Assembly: GCA_003614675.1 (NCBI GenBank)
Contig: ML002234.1
Location: forward strand, 1-64,000
Reading direction: 5' to 3'
Length of the DNA: 64,000 nt
From: Dimargaris cristalligena
Taxonomy: Eukaryota
A program made the translations under genes and the position numbers. How positions within the stretch are numbered: the first letter of the stretch is position 1; the number at the start of each line of letters is the position of its first letter. The notes under the pieces are model-generated. The model was not told the DNA's origin. It ran no database searches and saw nothing but the letters and a program-made list of their open reading frames with translations. Positions 63,101-64,000 of this stretch are shown piece by piece.

Positions 63101-64000
63101 ATAAACATCCCACCGATTTTCCCATACACATATCGGTTAAAACCTTATACAACCAAGCTGAACTTCACCCATATTGTATTTAAACAGTACCCCATTAAAT
63201 ACTGGGAGTTATTGCATACACCACGGATCAGCTCGTGCGCTTCCAATCACAAGCAGCCCGCAAGGGCTTGGGAATATAGAATCATTGTTGACAAGCATTT
63301 ATATTTTTGAAGCCAAGTAAAGGGGGGGAGTCGAAAGAAGGGGGGAGGGGAGATAAAATTAGGTGAAGGCAGACTGCCAAAGAATGAGAGAGGGGGGTGG
63401 AAGGTAAGAAGGGGAGGGTAGAATAGAGCAATGCAAGACTGGACCATATAGCATTCATTTCAATCAATGCATAATGGTAAGAAGCACAAGAAATTAGGTA
63501 CAAGACCCTTAGCCCAATTAAATCACACATGAATCTTCTTCACATGTAGTAAAAAAAAGGGGCACGAGTAATTCCAACCTGCGTTCGGTGTCCAAATGGG
63601 CCAACCAGATGGTGAAGCAGGCCATTAACTAAATGCCCCGGCTGATAAGGACTGGGAATCGGCCAGGATAGTTCCATCAAACTGTATGTGTCCCTTGAGG
63701 GGGTCAATCACACCACTAGTTTAAATACTGGAATCATCTTTGGATTATCCATCCCTTTCCCGACATTTCATATTCTCTTTCTCTCTTCTCCCCTCCTTTT
63801 TTATATCCCAGCCCTCCATTCCCCCCCTTTATCTGTGCTCCCCTTTTTATTTTTTTATAAAATTGATTTTATCACCACCCCTTCTTCTCGTCTCCCCTCC
63901 TTTTACGTATCTCTCAGGTATGGCCTGCAGCAGTAGCCCTATTTATGATTCTCTTTTCTCCTCCCTTATTCATACCATCTGGCCGGGGGCATTTATCCCC

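Noticed and set aside
1-64000. tRNA, rRNA or CRISPR arrays
   Set aside because: The GTTCGA-like hits (near 275, 4913, 5244) lack cloverleaf context, and I saw no repeat-spacer periodicity or rRNA-like sequence.

Overview
Eukaryotic, intron-containing genomic DNA with GT-AG introns, CTRAY branch points and one likely GC-AG donor. The gene set and protein styles look fungal, probably an early-diverging lineage such as Zoopagomycota; this is inference, not a database result. I reconstructed 15 protein-coding genes by hand, most of them spliced: a Ser/Pro-rich unknown, RPS23, an ABCC/MRP transporter, TFIIH p44/SSL1, mitochondrial ClpP, two tandem secreted AA11-like LPMOs, an RBMS/MSSP-type RRM protein, aspartate aminotransferase, MLH1, a Ypt35-like PX protein, a probable Med16, ALKBH1, a class-3 lipase, SPF45 and a PAK kinase. 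I saw no tRNA, rRNA, CRISPR array or intact transposon. Most interesting: (1) the cytosolic-type AAT gene has an optional 30-aa N-terminal extension with a perfect PTS2 (RLHLVAQHL) and an apparent two-promoter layout that could switch between peroxisomal and cytosolic isoforms; (2) the LPMO paralogs share a catalytic domain but have oppositely charged tails; (3) the RPS23 intron holds a candidate H/ACA snoRNA with a bipartite match to the LSU peptidyl-transferase centre, plus a hairpin built from microsatellites; (4) the PAK has two CRIB motifs and deviant kinase motifs; (5) a degenerate repeat occurs in inverted orientation at both window ends.
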